A stretch of 64,000 nt of DNA, taken from the sequence record MK774614.2. One strand, given 5' to 3'. Position numbers and translations under genes: made by a program. Below the pieces are notes generated by a model. That model was not told where the DNA came from and ran no database searches. It saw only the letters and a list, made by a program, of their open reading frames with translations. Below, one piece after another: positions 49,666 to 58,673 of this stretch; the first letter of the stretch is position 1, and the number at the start of each line of letters is the position of its first letter.

Positions 49666-50217
49666 ATGAAAATTATGCTTGGTGAAAAAGCAATCAAGAT
49701 GGTCTTCCTTAAACCGGAGCATCTTGACTTGGTGAATTCTTATAAGCTGCAACTAGTCGATCTTCTCTCACTTCCCTCTGTTAAAGCAATCAGTGATGAT
49801 GACTGTTTAGAGTGGCTGAAATATCAGCGAGGTATGGAAAATAAATACTGTGGATTTAAGAGTACAACTTATGACGCCTCTAGTGTAAATACAAAAGGGG
49901 ATTTCAATCGTCAAGGAACGGTATATAAAACAAAATATGATCAAGTCCTTAATAGCGATGAAAAAGTCAAAGTCGGGAAGCGTTGCTATTATCACTTCTT
50001 TAACAATGTCCTCTATATTCTACACAGTGATAATACTGTGATGAGTGAGATGTTCACCGAATCTGCTGGTAATTTGCCAGTTTCTATTTATCGTGCACTC
50101 TTGACATCGGTTGCCAACTTTGGTTTTTATTACAAAGAGCAAAAGAAATTGACTGATACTGTGAAGAAGCGTGGATACATTGACGCTGGCTTTGTTTTGT
50201 CCAAAGTAGTTGCGTAA
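49666..50217 (+). CDS. Conserved hypothetical protein upstream of the capsid gene
   Basis: 183-aa ORF; position of phiKZ gp119. Confidence 0.65.
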   Translation: MKIMLGEKAIKMVFLKPEHLDLVNSYKLQLVDLLSLPSVKAISDDDCLEWLKYQRGMENKYCGFKSTTYDASSVNTKGDFNRQGTVYKTKYDQVLNSDEKVKVGKRCYYHFFNNVLYILHSDNTVMSEMFTESAGNLPVSIYRALLTSVANFGFYYKEQKKLTDTVKKRGYIDAGFVLSKVVA

Positions 50218-50250
50218 ATACTTTGTGAACCATTATTGACACGTAAGCTT

Positions 50251-50259
50251 AATGTTATG
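50251..50259 (+). promoter_or_regulatory. Putative late promoter of the capsid gene
   Basis: AATGTTATG. Confidence 0.5.
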
Positions 50260-50341
50260 CGTGGAAATATCCGTTACGCGAACAAATATATTTGTTTTCT
50301 TTTCCATTTCCGTTTCATGTTTATAAGCAAGGATAATACGT

Positions 50342-52513
50342 ATGTCCAGTAAATTTTCCGTTAAAGGTTCCGGTCGTCAAGGCGCTGGCCTGAAAGCGAT
50401 CATGAGCAACCTGAACGACATCAAATTTGATCAAGAGAACATCTGGGGTGGTATCGCCGGTAACGAATCCCTGCAACCTGAACAGCGTGCTGACAAGTTT
50501 AACTCTGTCCGTATGTCTGGCGCTGCTGCTGCTGTTGAATCCGTAAAAGACGCCAAGTTCGGTCAGCGTGCTCAAGCGCTGGGTGATTTCATGAAAGCCT
50601 CTGGTATGGAATCTTTCTCCCAGCAAATGGATGCCGGTTCCCTGGCTCGTCAGAAAGCTGCCACCATCGATCTGAACACCCGTTCTAACCGCCAGTGGGA
50701 AGGTCCTGAAGCTCTGTACCCGACCGTGATCATTCCGTATGCTCAAGAAACCATGCTGCTGCCGGTTGACGTTGCGGGTGTTGGTGCATACAACATGTCC
50801 GGTAACGTGAACGAGTCTTTCGAAGATCTGCGTCCGATCGCTGCTGTTCTGGCCGACTCCAAGTTCAATCCGGGTGATGACCTGAAACTGGTTCCGGTAT
50901 ATCCGGCTGATGCTGCTAACCCGAACAACGAAGCCTTCGTTGATCCGAGCTGGTGGACTCCGTGGGATCATTCCTATGGTGACAACGATCTGCTGGGTCG
51001 TGAAGCCCATAAGACCAACTACCTGGCCATCCGCAAAGCCAACAACCTGATGAGCCTGTGTCAAGCTCCGGGTGCTGAGCGTTTCGAGCAGAACGATGAA
51101 ATCGAGTCCAACTCCATTGCGCTGGATTCTATCCTGTTCTCCTTCAAAACCAAAGATCAAACCACCACTGGCTACTTTGCGCTGGATACCTCTACCATGT
51201 CTGGTCGCAGTATGCGTCCGAGCAATGGCCTGACCTCTGATGAGAAGCGTCAAATCCAATTCCCGGTTAACGGCATCGATGTCGCTAACTTCAAAGACAA
51301 GCTGGGTGCTTCTACCGGTGCATTCAAATCTCTGACTGATGCAGGTCTGAAAGTCTATCTGCAGTTTGAGTTCTCTGCTACCTACCATCGCTCTACCCGT
51401 GCTTGGGCTCCGGCTGTTGGTCCTGTTTCCATCGCTTATGTCATGAAAGATGGCGTGAAGATGGTTCCGGGTACACCGTCCATGCCAGCCGATATTGCCG
51501 CGCTGGTGAAAGCACAAGTTGTTGAAGCTGAGATCGTTGGTATTCTGGCGTCTCTGAACCACAACAACGTTAACCGTAGCCGTTACGGCACCGTGGTTGT
51601 TTACGCATCTTCCGTTAAGCCGTATGGCGTTAACAAGCGTAACCCGATCTCTGTGAAGTACCCGATGCAAGACGATGACAACAACGCTGATGTACTGGCT
51701 ATGCTGGTTAAGCAGATGGATGTCATGGTTACTCGCAACATGTCTCATGATGCGTTCAAAGCAGCCGGTCAACACTTCGCACGTCTGTACGACAACAACG
51801 GCTCCAAGATCGTTAACATCAACGATGATTCTGCCTCTATCATGCCGGGTCAGCACTTCCTGACCACCACCGCTGTAGACAGCAAGATCAACCTGGTGAA
51901 AGAAGTCTCCACTCTGGACTCCAAAGACACCCGTGACAACATCGAAGCGGCTCTGGTTAACAAGATCTATGACATCATCACCGCTCTGCGCGTGAACTCT
52001 AACATCGCTGCTCTGAAAGAGCTGGATGGTCGTAAAGAAGAGTATGTGATCGTAGCTCACGCTTCCCTGGCTCCGTTCCTGATGACCACTGGTGACTACC
52101 GTACCTTCGGTGAGAACGTGAAGTTCAAGGTTGTTGAAACCAACATCGATAGCGAAATTGGTCGTATGTGGGTTGTTCCGGCTTCTCAGACCACTGATAC
52201 CGAAATCGATATCTTCGGTGGTATGGGTGTTTGTGTTGCCAAGGAACTGCTGGTGATCGAAGGTCAAGTTGCTCAAGCTGATCGTCAATACCGCATGGTC
52301 ATCTCTCAGCCGTCCTATGCTCACCACAGCCTGTGCCCGGTTGCCGGTCGTCTGGTTGTTGAAGACATGGATCTGCTGCTGGGTGATGAAGGTCTGATCA
52401 CCTCTGTCAACAAACACCTCATCGCTGGTAACTTTACCGCTGATGTGTCTGGTGGTCAACCTGGTACCGATGACAAGGTTGAAGTCGAACTGGCTCCTAA
52501 CCCTGCTCCGTAA
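50342..52513 (+). CDS. Major capsid protein (phiKZ gp120-like)
   Basis: 723 aa; EALYPTVIIP motif; AGNES/SGMES propeptide motifs; strong codon bias; between DnaB and nvRNAP beta N-half. Confidence 0.9.
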   Translation: MSSKFSVKGSGRQGAGLKAIMSNLNDIKFDQENIWGGIAGNESLQPEQRADKFNSVRMSGAAAAVESVKDAKFGQRAQALGDFMKASGMESFSQQMDAGSLARQKAATIDLNTRSNRQWEGPEALYPTVIIPYAQETMLLPVDVAGVGAYNMSGNVNESFEDLRPIAAVLADSKFNPGDDLKLVPVYPADAANPNNEAFVDPSWWTPWDHSYGDNDLLGREAHKTNYLAIRKANNLMSLCQAPGAERFEQNDEIESNSIALDSILFSFKTKDQTTTGYFALDTSTMSGRSMRPSNGLTSDEKRQIQFPVNGIDVANFKDKLGASTGAFKSLTDAGLKVYLQFEFSATYHRSTRAWAPAVGPVSIAYVMKDGVKMVPGTPSMPADIAALVKAQVVEAEIVGILASLNHNNVNRSRYGTVVVYASSVKPYGVNKRNPISVKYPMQDDDNNADVLAMLVKQMDVMVTRNMSHDAFKAAGQHFARLYDNNGSKIVNINDDSASIMPGQHFLTTTAVDSKINLVKEVSTLDSKDTRDNIEAALVNKIYDIITALRVNSNIAALKELDGRKEEYVIVAHASLAPFLMTTGDYRTFGENVKFKVVETNIDSEIGRMWVVPASQTTDTEIDIFGGMGVCVAKELLVIEGQVAQADRQYRMVISQPSYAHHSLCPVAGRLVVEDMDLLLGDEGLITSVNKHLIAGNFTADVSGGQPGTDDKVEVELAPNPAP

Positions 52514-52557
52514 GAGTAATCTTAAGCTCCTTGCTTAAAGACACTGTAAGATAATTA

Positions 52558-52591
52558 CGCTAGGAACTCCTTCGGGGGTTCCTAGCGTTTT
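52558..52591 (+). terminator. Intrinsic terminator with cUUCGg loop and U-tract
   Basis: CGCTAGGAACTCC-TTCG-GGGGTTCCTAGCG-TTTT. Confidence 0.9.
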
Positions 52592-52631
52592 GTTTGGTTT
52601 AATCGTTATTTTTAAGGCTCCATAATTTTAC

Positions 52632-52652
52632 AAGCAGATATTATCAAATTGT
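52632..52652 (+). promoter_or_regulatory. Putative early promoter
   Basis: AAGCAGATATTATCAAATTGT. Confidence 0.6.
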
Positions 52653-52711
52653 AAACGTATGGAATAATTGTTCCAACGTCTCTTTAACTTAATACTGCTT
52701 GAGGTATCAAG

Positions 52712-53776
52712 ATGGCTGTAAAGCTCTGTCACGATACCGGTTATGGGCGAGTAGCTAATGCACACTTTGGGTTTACCACGGCAGTCAGTAATGGTTCAGA
52801 TATTGCACTTTGGTGCGCTGACAAATGTGGATTGATCACCATGCTTCCTCCTGAGCGAGATAAATTTCATCCTCAGGATCAAGGTCGAATCAAAGTGACT
52901 CGAGCTTGGATGGCTGCCAATGCAGCAGGAATGGAGATCAAGAAAACCTCATTGTGTTCGGACGGTGATTTCATTTATGATAATTTCAAACCTGGGATTG
53001 AACGTTTTCAGGAGAATTATAATCGTTATGTAAATCTTGGGCAACCAGATCAAAATGCCGTCCACAGTTACTTTTATCCGCCAGAGCCGGGTGAATGTTA
53101 CGTAAACCATGCATTGGGTATTATCATTGCCCGATGTGAAGATTTGATGAGATGTATTCGCAGAGAGGGGTTTTGGCCTCGCGAAGCACTGGCAGCAATG
53201 GATCCCACCCGACTGGGTGATGATCAAGGTATGTTGGTCCTTAACTCTGAAGAAGAGAAGTTTCTCACTGCTAAAATTCTGATCGTCGATAAGCTCGGTC
53301 GCACATACGGTCTTTGGACTCATATGTTGGGTCGGGCTTTCCAGATCCCTGTGATCCGATCATCTTCTCTGAAAGACGGCATCTATATAGATGCAAGTGT
53401 CACTGGCAAACCTGCCGGTCATACAGTCCACATCAGTTTTGATGACGATGATTATGAAAAACAGCTAAAAGAACACGGTATCTTCTTTGAGAGTCGGGAT
53501 GCGGAAATCGGTAAATCCAGTAAAGCATACGAAGAGCTCCAAGTAAAATTGGATGCAAGTCGTAAGGAAACCGCTACGCTTAAGAAAGAGTTGACCAAAA
53601 AGACCAAAGAGTTCGAAGTCCTTCAACGGGCACACGAAACTCAGGCCAATGAAAGTAAACTCTTTAAATCCAACAGGACTGGTAATTTTATACTCGATTA
53701 CTTGAAGTTCCTCTTCTCGATATTTGGGGCTGAATTGAAAGGATCGATAATGGGGCTAATCCGGGTACTAATTTAG
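52712..53776 (+). CDS. Conserved hypothetical protein with coiled coil and hydrophobic C-terminus
   Basis: 354-aa ORF, GAGG RBS; precedes nvRNAP beta N-half. Confidence 0.7.
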   Translation: MAVKLCHDTGYGRVANAHFGFTTAVSNGSDIALWCADKCGLITMLPPERDKFHPQDQGRIKVTRAWMAANAAGMEIKKTSLCSDGDFIYDNFKPGIERFQENYNRYVNLGQPDQNAVHSYFYPPEPGECYVNHALGIIIARCEDLMRCIRREGFWPREALAAMDPTRLGDDQGMLVLNSEEEKFLTAKILIVDKLGRTYGLWTHMLGRAFQIPVIRSSSLKDGIYIDASVTGKPAGHTVHISFDDDDYEKQLKEHGIFFESRDAEIGKSSKAYEELQVKLDASRKETATLKKELTKKTKEFEVLQRAHETQANESKLFKSNRTGNFILDYLKFLFSIFGAELKGSIMGLIRVLI

Positions 53777-53801
53777 CCATATTAAAACGAAGGAGATAAT
53801 A

Positions 53802-55499
53802 ATGGATCCGCAACTGTTAAAGTTAGTGGCCAAACAACAAGGTGGGTTTACCAAAGAGTTGGTAGAAGGCTTTCACATGAAAGATCTTCAACGCGCTATT
53901 CCCTACCTTGAGAATTCGTTTAAGAATATGTTTCGATCCCTTGAAGAAAAGGGGTACATCTTCGAGGGGATTGAGCGAGTTGATCCGCTTGAGTTTTATA
54001 ATGCGATTACCAAACCGGCTCAAGGCACGGGAACCGGAACAAAGGAGTTTGAAATTGCACGTAACTCCTTTTATGGGATTCGCATCAAACACCACTTTAA
54101 AGATCCACAGACAGGGTTAGTACATGAACTCAAACAACCGCTGATGTTCCTGGCGTATACCAATCGCCACGGGGATATTTATGTCAGGGGAAGTTTGTAT
54201 GGAATGCAGTATGTCCTTTCTGAACGAGGTCCAAGTGTTGATGGTGGTAAAGAGAAAACCATTTTTGTACGAGTAACGGGGTACAAGTTTAAAGTCACCA
54301 AAGAACTTCACACCATGAACAAAGTGTGGCAAGCCGGTGAAAATACCATTACCAACACCATCAACCTGTCGCTCCCTGCTAACCGATTCTACAGCCCGAA
54401 AGGCGATCGTCAAATCCGTAACAATAAAGTCCCCATTCCGTTGTTGGCGTGGTACTTGTTCGGTAAGTACGGTTTCTCTCGTGCAATGAAAGAATTCGGC
54501 GAGTGTGAGTACAAGCTCGATACGTTGGATACGTTACTGGACATCTGTAAAGAGAAAGATGGATGGGAGATCTACGCAAACACCTCTGGAATCCATCCTA
54601 AGGCGTTTGAACGTCCACGGGGACTTCCACCTCAGGAAGAACCTGCCATCGCGATACGCAGTCTCAAGAAGGATGGGAGGATCAACAACCTGGCGCTGCA
54701 ATACGTCGGCGGATTGATGTTTATGTTTGGTGTGTTCAGTCATGAGCTGGATATTGGCCAAATTGATAACATTGATTACTGGCGATTGATTATTGGTCGT
54801 TGTTCTATTAAACTTCCTCAGAAAAGTGGAGTAGATGTTTATCTTCGTCAGATGAACGAACACTTTGCGTCTGTGGAAGAGTACGCTGATGACTTGACTA
54901 TTGACAAGTACAACAAGTTCGATATTGAGGTCAAAGACACGTACGATTTGCTCAACTATTTGATGGTGAACTACAGTAACCTGATTAAGTTGTATGATCC
55001 CGCTGACATGCTTCACAAAGAGCTGGCCAGTATGGAATTTATGATGGACTCCATTATTAAGATGGCGAACGACTTTAAATTCCGGATCCGTAACAAAACC
55101 CTGATCTCTCCCAAAACGATTAACCGTGAAATTGATGCGCACTTTCGGTTGTTCAATATTGATCGCTCTGTGCGTGATAATAACGTGGTGTTGGAACCTA
55201 CTGGTACCGATAACCCGTTTATTGATTATGGTCTGGGGATTGTTCTTCAGACTCGTTCAGCAATTAGCAAAGGGCCAGGTGGCAAAAAGGATGAATTTGA
55301 TCCGAACCACCCCGGTTCCATGATCCATCCGTCACAGCCATTTGTATGCAGCTATCAATACTCTTCTAAACCGGCACCGGATGGGCGTGGTATGCTAATG
55401 CCCAGGGTTCATTTAATCCAGGGACGTTATACTGCACTGCACCCAGAGGACCGCCAACTCTACAAAGACACTCAGAGACGTCTGCGTGTTAAAGAATAA
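53802..55499 (+). CDS. rpoB: Non-virion RNA polymerase beta subunit, N-terminal half (phiKZ gp123-like)
   Basis: LMFLAYTNRHGDIYVRGSLYGMQYVLSER matches the beta FIING.ERV region; HPSQPFV..YQYSSKPAPDGRGML; synteny. Confidence 0.8.
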   Translation: MDPQLLKLVAKQQGGFTKELVEGFHMKDLQRAIPYLENSFKNMFRSLEEKGYIFEGIERVDPLEFYNAITKPAQGTGTGTKEFEIARNSFYGIRIKHHFKDPQTGLVHELKQPLMFLAYTNRHGDIYVRGSLYGMQYVLSERGPSVDGGKEKTIFVRVTGYKFKVTKELHTMNKVWQAGENTITNTINLSLPANRFYSPKGDRQIRNNKVPIPLLAWYLFGKYGFSRAMKEFGECEYKLDTLDTLLDICKEKDGWEIYANTSGIHPKAFERPRGLPPQEEPAIAIRSLKKDGRINNLALQYVGGLMFMFGVFSHELDIGQIDNIDYWRLIIGRCSIKLPQKSGVDVYLRQMNEHFASVEEYADDLTIDKYNKFDIEVKDTYDLLNYLMVNYSNLIKLYDPADMLHKELASMEFMMDSIIKMANDFKFRIRNKTLISPKTINREIDAHFRLFNIDRSVRDNNVVLEPTGTDNPFIDYGLGIVLQTRSAISKGPGGKKDEFDPNHPGSMIHPSQPFVCSYQYSSKPAPDGRGMLMPRVHLIQGRYTALHPEDRQLYKDTQRRLRVKE

Positions 55500-55524
55500 G
55501 TAATACCAATTTTAGGAGCCTAAG

Positions 55525-57975
55525 ATGAACAATGGTCGTATTTTACAAGGTGCGCGTCCTCCCCTTTCTCAGCAGATGGGTCAACAACCTGGCGGGGTTC
55601 CAACTGGGATGGGTGGAATGCAACCTATGCAAAACCAGCAACAAGGCTATGCGCAAGTCATGGCAGGGTTGGTGGCGGCTGCAAATGCAAAACCCGCTCA
55701 AGGACAAAGTGCTTCAGTTGGGTTTAGTTACGATCGTAGTAATACGACCTTAACAGGGACTTGGGGTGAAATGGCCCAAGACCTGCAAACTGATAAACTC
55801 ATTCGTGATCAAGCTTATTTGCAAGCCAGTGAAATTGGTTTCTTGGTCATGCGTGGCATTCAGATGCGCAACGAGAAACACGGGTTTTATTCCAGCTTCT
55901 TGTCCGGGATTAAACGGATTTGTTATCCGAATATCCACGACATGATGCGGGTGGATCCCATTGGTGAACAAGTCTTTAACGAGATTCAAAACAACCATGC
56001 GATTTATAACCGGATTTTGTCAAATACCATTGTACAAGTGGTGGGTGAATTAACTCGGTTGTTGGTCAGTGGTTATGAGCTTCGTAAAGACGGCTCAGAC
56101 GTGCGTGAGTTCGTTGTGGATGCCAGTAGCTACTGTGCTGTACAAACACTGGTGGATTGGTTATACGGTCACCCAGAGCGTGTGGTGCAGATGTCTATGG
56201 TAACTCAACCTCTGCGTCAGTTGATGCAAAAGGCCGAAGAAGCGCATGGTTTCTTCCAAGGTCGGTATGACACTGTCCCCAATGCGGAACATCCGTGGGG
56301 TGTGGGGCGTGTAAAAGAACTGTTGCAAGGGAAACCTGTCAACAACGTGTTACTCGATACATTGATCTCAGCACCTGCTGTTCATACACCGAGTGACTTC
56401 TTTGGTAACATGGGAGAGATTGCCGTGTTTGGAAACAACTTTGAAGTGGATAATAATGGGGTTGCTGTAACGCCAGAGTTTAAAGCTAAGATGGCCAGAG
56501 AAAATCAGGAGTGGATGAATAACCAAATGAAACAGTATCAAAAGCAACCTGATCCTGTTCAAGAGGTTCAGCAGTGGCATGATAATACGGTTTCGATCAA
56601 CAGTTACGATTATCAACCCATCCCTTCTGAGAAGTTCCAACTCAATTTGCGTGATCAGTTTAACATGGCTGATTACTTCAAAGAGATTCCAGGAACAGAA
56701 TACTTCATTGGTAGCTGGAAGGACACCGTGAACATCGGTACTCAATTCTATCAAGAAGGGCGTCAAATCCGTATTCCAGTAGAAAGCTTTATTGGATTGC
56801 ATAACAACCAAGTGCCGGTGATTCGTTTTATTCCCAATAGCAATAGCTTGGAAGTAAAATTGGTGACTGTCACCTTGACCACGTGGAGTGTGGAAGAAGA
56901 GATGAACAAGTTCCTAACTGACCCAGCGTCGTTGCTTCCTTTCATGTACACCGAAAATGGTGAAGTAAAGACCTCTTGGGAACCCAAGGTGCAAGAAACC
57001 AGTGAACGATTGGATAACGAAGGACACTTTACGCCAATTGATCCCATGGCACCTCAGAATGTAGAACCTCATATCCTGGTAGCGAAAACCCCGATACTCT
57101 CTGAGAACGATGGTGAAACACTGGCCCGTCTTGATGCCGCTGTTAAAACGTTTGACCCCAAAGGTAAATTGGACGCCTTTATCATTCCAGCAAAAATGGT
57201 AGGAACGTTTACGTTCAGTTCCGTTGAAGACATTGATGCGGTTTATAAAGAGATCTTCATGTTCGAACGTGGTGTTGACATTGACCATCGCACAACCGCT
57301 GATTATTTCTACAGTGTGTCTCGTGCGATTGCGCGTATTAACAATCCGGAGTTCGCTCAACTGGTCACGACTCATTTGTCCAACCTGGTCAATCGTTGGT
57401 TGGTGGAATGCCGTGGTTATCCAGAAGTGAGAACACAAAACGGGTTTATTGAAGTCACCGATATCTTAAACGATGCTGATGATCTTTATGAACTGCTGAA
57501 AAAGAAAGATCCGGATACTGCTCGTGCATTCCAGCATTTGCAAGCCAATACGTTCTTCATGGAGAACCTGCAAATCTTTGCTCCTAAAGAGGAAGTGATT
57601 ACACACTTTAAGAAGAAAGCAGGTGATGATCCTGTTGATCAAGTGATTGCTGAGAAACAAGCAGATGCGAATTTGCTTTGGACGCGTGATGTGATGGTGG
57701 TGTCTGTTAATCACATTTCAGGTCCGGTTTCAGATGCGGTTGTTACTATTAAGGAATCCCAAGAACCCAAACTCTTTGCTATTGTGAAACAAGCATTTAA
57801 GTACGGTGAGAAACACTTTAAAGGTGTTCCCCAAATCTTGATTCGTTTTGAAAGCCCAGAGGGACTACCGGTGCGTATTGCAACGTTCAGTGACTACGAT
57901 AAGTCTGTCATGAAGCTGCGTGCACTGGATCGTTACCAAGGTCTGATCCGAACGATGCCTGTTACTCATCAATAA
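55525..57975 (+). CDS. Large conserved hypothetical protein with Q/G/M-rich N-terminus
   Basis: 816-aa ORF, AGGAG RBS. Confidence 0.8.
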   Translation: MNNGRILQGARPPLSQQMGQQPGGVPTGMGGMQPMQNQQQGYAQVMAGLVAAANAKPAQGQSASVGFSYDRSNTTLTGTWGEMAQDLQTDKLIRDQAYLQASEIGFLVMRGIQMRNEKHGFYSSFLSGIKRICYPNIHDMMRVDPIGEQVFNEIQNNHAIYNRILSNTIVQVVGELTRLLVSGYELRKDGSDVREFVVDASSYCAVQTLVDWLYGHPERVVQMSMVTQPLRQLMQKAEEAHGFFQGRYDTVPNAEHPWGVGRVKELLQGKPVNNVLLDTLISAPAVHTPSDFFGNMGEIAVFGNNFEVDNNGVAVTPEFKAKMARENQEWMNNQMKQYQKQPDPVQEVQQWHDNTVSINSYDYQPIPSEKFQLNLRDQFNMADYFKEIPGTEYFIGSWKDTVNIGTQFYQEGRQIRIPVESFIGLHNNQVPVIRFIPNSNSLEVKLVTVTLTTWSVEEEMNKFLTDPASLLPFMYTENGEVKTSWEPKVQETSERLDNEGHFTPIDPMAPQNVEPHILVAKTPILSENDGETLARLDAAVKTFDPKGKLDAFIIPAKMVGTFTFSSVEDIDAVYKEIFMFERGVDIDHRTTADYFYSVSRAIARINNPEFAQLVTTHLSNLVNRWLVECRGYPEVRTQNGFIEVTDILNDADDLYELLKKKDPDTARAFQHLQANTFFMENLQIFAPKEEVITHFKKKAGDDPVDQVIAEKQADANLLWTRDVMVVSVNHISGPVSDAVVTIKESQEPKLFAIVKQAFKYGEKHFKGVPQILIRFESPEGLPVRIATFSDYDKSVMKLRALDRYQGLIRTMPVTHQ

Positions 57976-57993
57976 GCAGTAAACTGTGCTAAA

Positions 57994-58028
57994 AGGATTA
58001 CCGGGCGAAAGCTCGGTAATCCTCTTTT
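57994..58028 (+). terminator. Intrinsic terminator with GAAA loop
   Basis: AGGATTACCGGGC-GAAA-GCTCGGTAATCCT followed by CTTTT. Confidence 0.8.
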
Positions 58029-58067
58029 AGTCTCTTTTTTGTTTTAAATTTAATATGATGGAAATTT

Positions 58068-58088
58068 CAGACCTATATTACCTAAGTG
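58068..58088 (+). promoter_or_regulatory. Putative early promoter containing exact TATATTAC
   Basis: AGACCTATATTACCTAAGTGA. Confidence 0.65.
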
Positions 58089-58159
58089 ATAAACATACAA
58101 GAAGTTTATCGCATAATCCAATTCTGGATACTTTATTTAAAATACTTAGGAGTTATACC

Positions 58160-58609
58160 ATGGAAAACACCAACAAAGAAGCCGTACAAGTTGAAACCAC
58201 CGTTGCTCAAGTTGCTGACTCTGCTGCGCTGGATGCGGTACTGGGTATGAGCAAAGGCAAAGCTGCCATGATCGGTGGGCTGGGTGCGCTGGCTGCGATC
58301 GTTCCCAACCTGATGAACGAAGAGATCAACCCGGTGAACATCGGTACCTCGGCACTGGCTGTCGTTGCTGGCGCAACCACCGCTGCATTTGTGCAGGTTA
58401 CCAGTGACAGCCAAGCGGCCAATGTCGCTTGCATGATCGGTATCGGTGCCGCAGTCAGTGGACTGACCAAGTTTGGTTCCAGCTTTGCTGCTGCGAAAGC
58501 AAGTGCCTGGCTGGCTGCTGACAAAGCAGATACCGAAGCCTACATGCAGTCTATGGAATTGAGCATGGCTGTTCAAGACTCCCAAGCCCTGGATGCTGTA
58601 ACCGCATAA
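58160..58609 (+). CDS. Small Ala/Gly-rich membrane protein (149 aa)
   Basis: ATG 58160 after AGGAG; three hydrophobic segments with GxxxG-like spacing; strong codon bias. Confidence 0.75.
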   Translation: MENTNKEAVQVETTVAQVADSAALDAVLGMSKGKAAMIGGLGALAAIVPNLMNEEINPVNIGTSALAVVAGATTAAFVQVTSDSQAANVACMIGIGAAVSGLTKFGSSFAAAKASAWLAADKADTEAYMQSMELSMAVQDSQALDAVTA

Positions 58610-58617
58610 CAGAAAGA

Positions 58618-58647
58618 TCCACTCCTACCCGATTGGGTAGGAGTGGA
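58618..58647. terminator. 13-bp-stem hairpin between convergent genes
   Basis: TCCACTCCTACCC-GATT-GGGTAGGAGTGGA. Confidence 0.7.
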
Positions 58648-58673
58648 ATCTGAGTTTATTATTTTTGTTTTAA

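Noticed and set aside
50321-52459. 712-aa antisense ORF opposite the capsid gene
   Set aside because: In register with the capsid frame; explained by the absence of TTA/CTA/TCA codons in a highly biased gene; no recognisable motifs.
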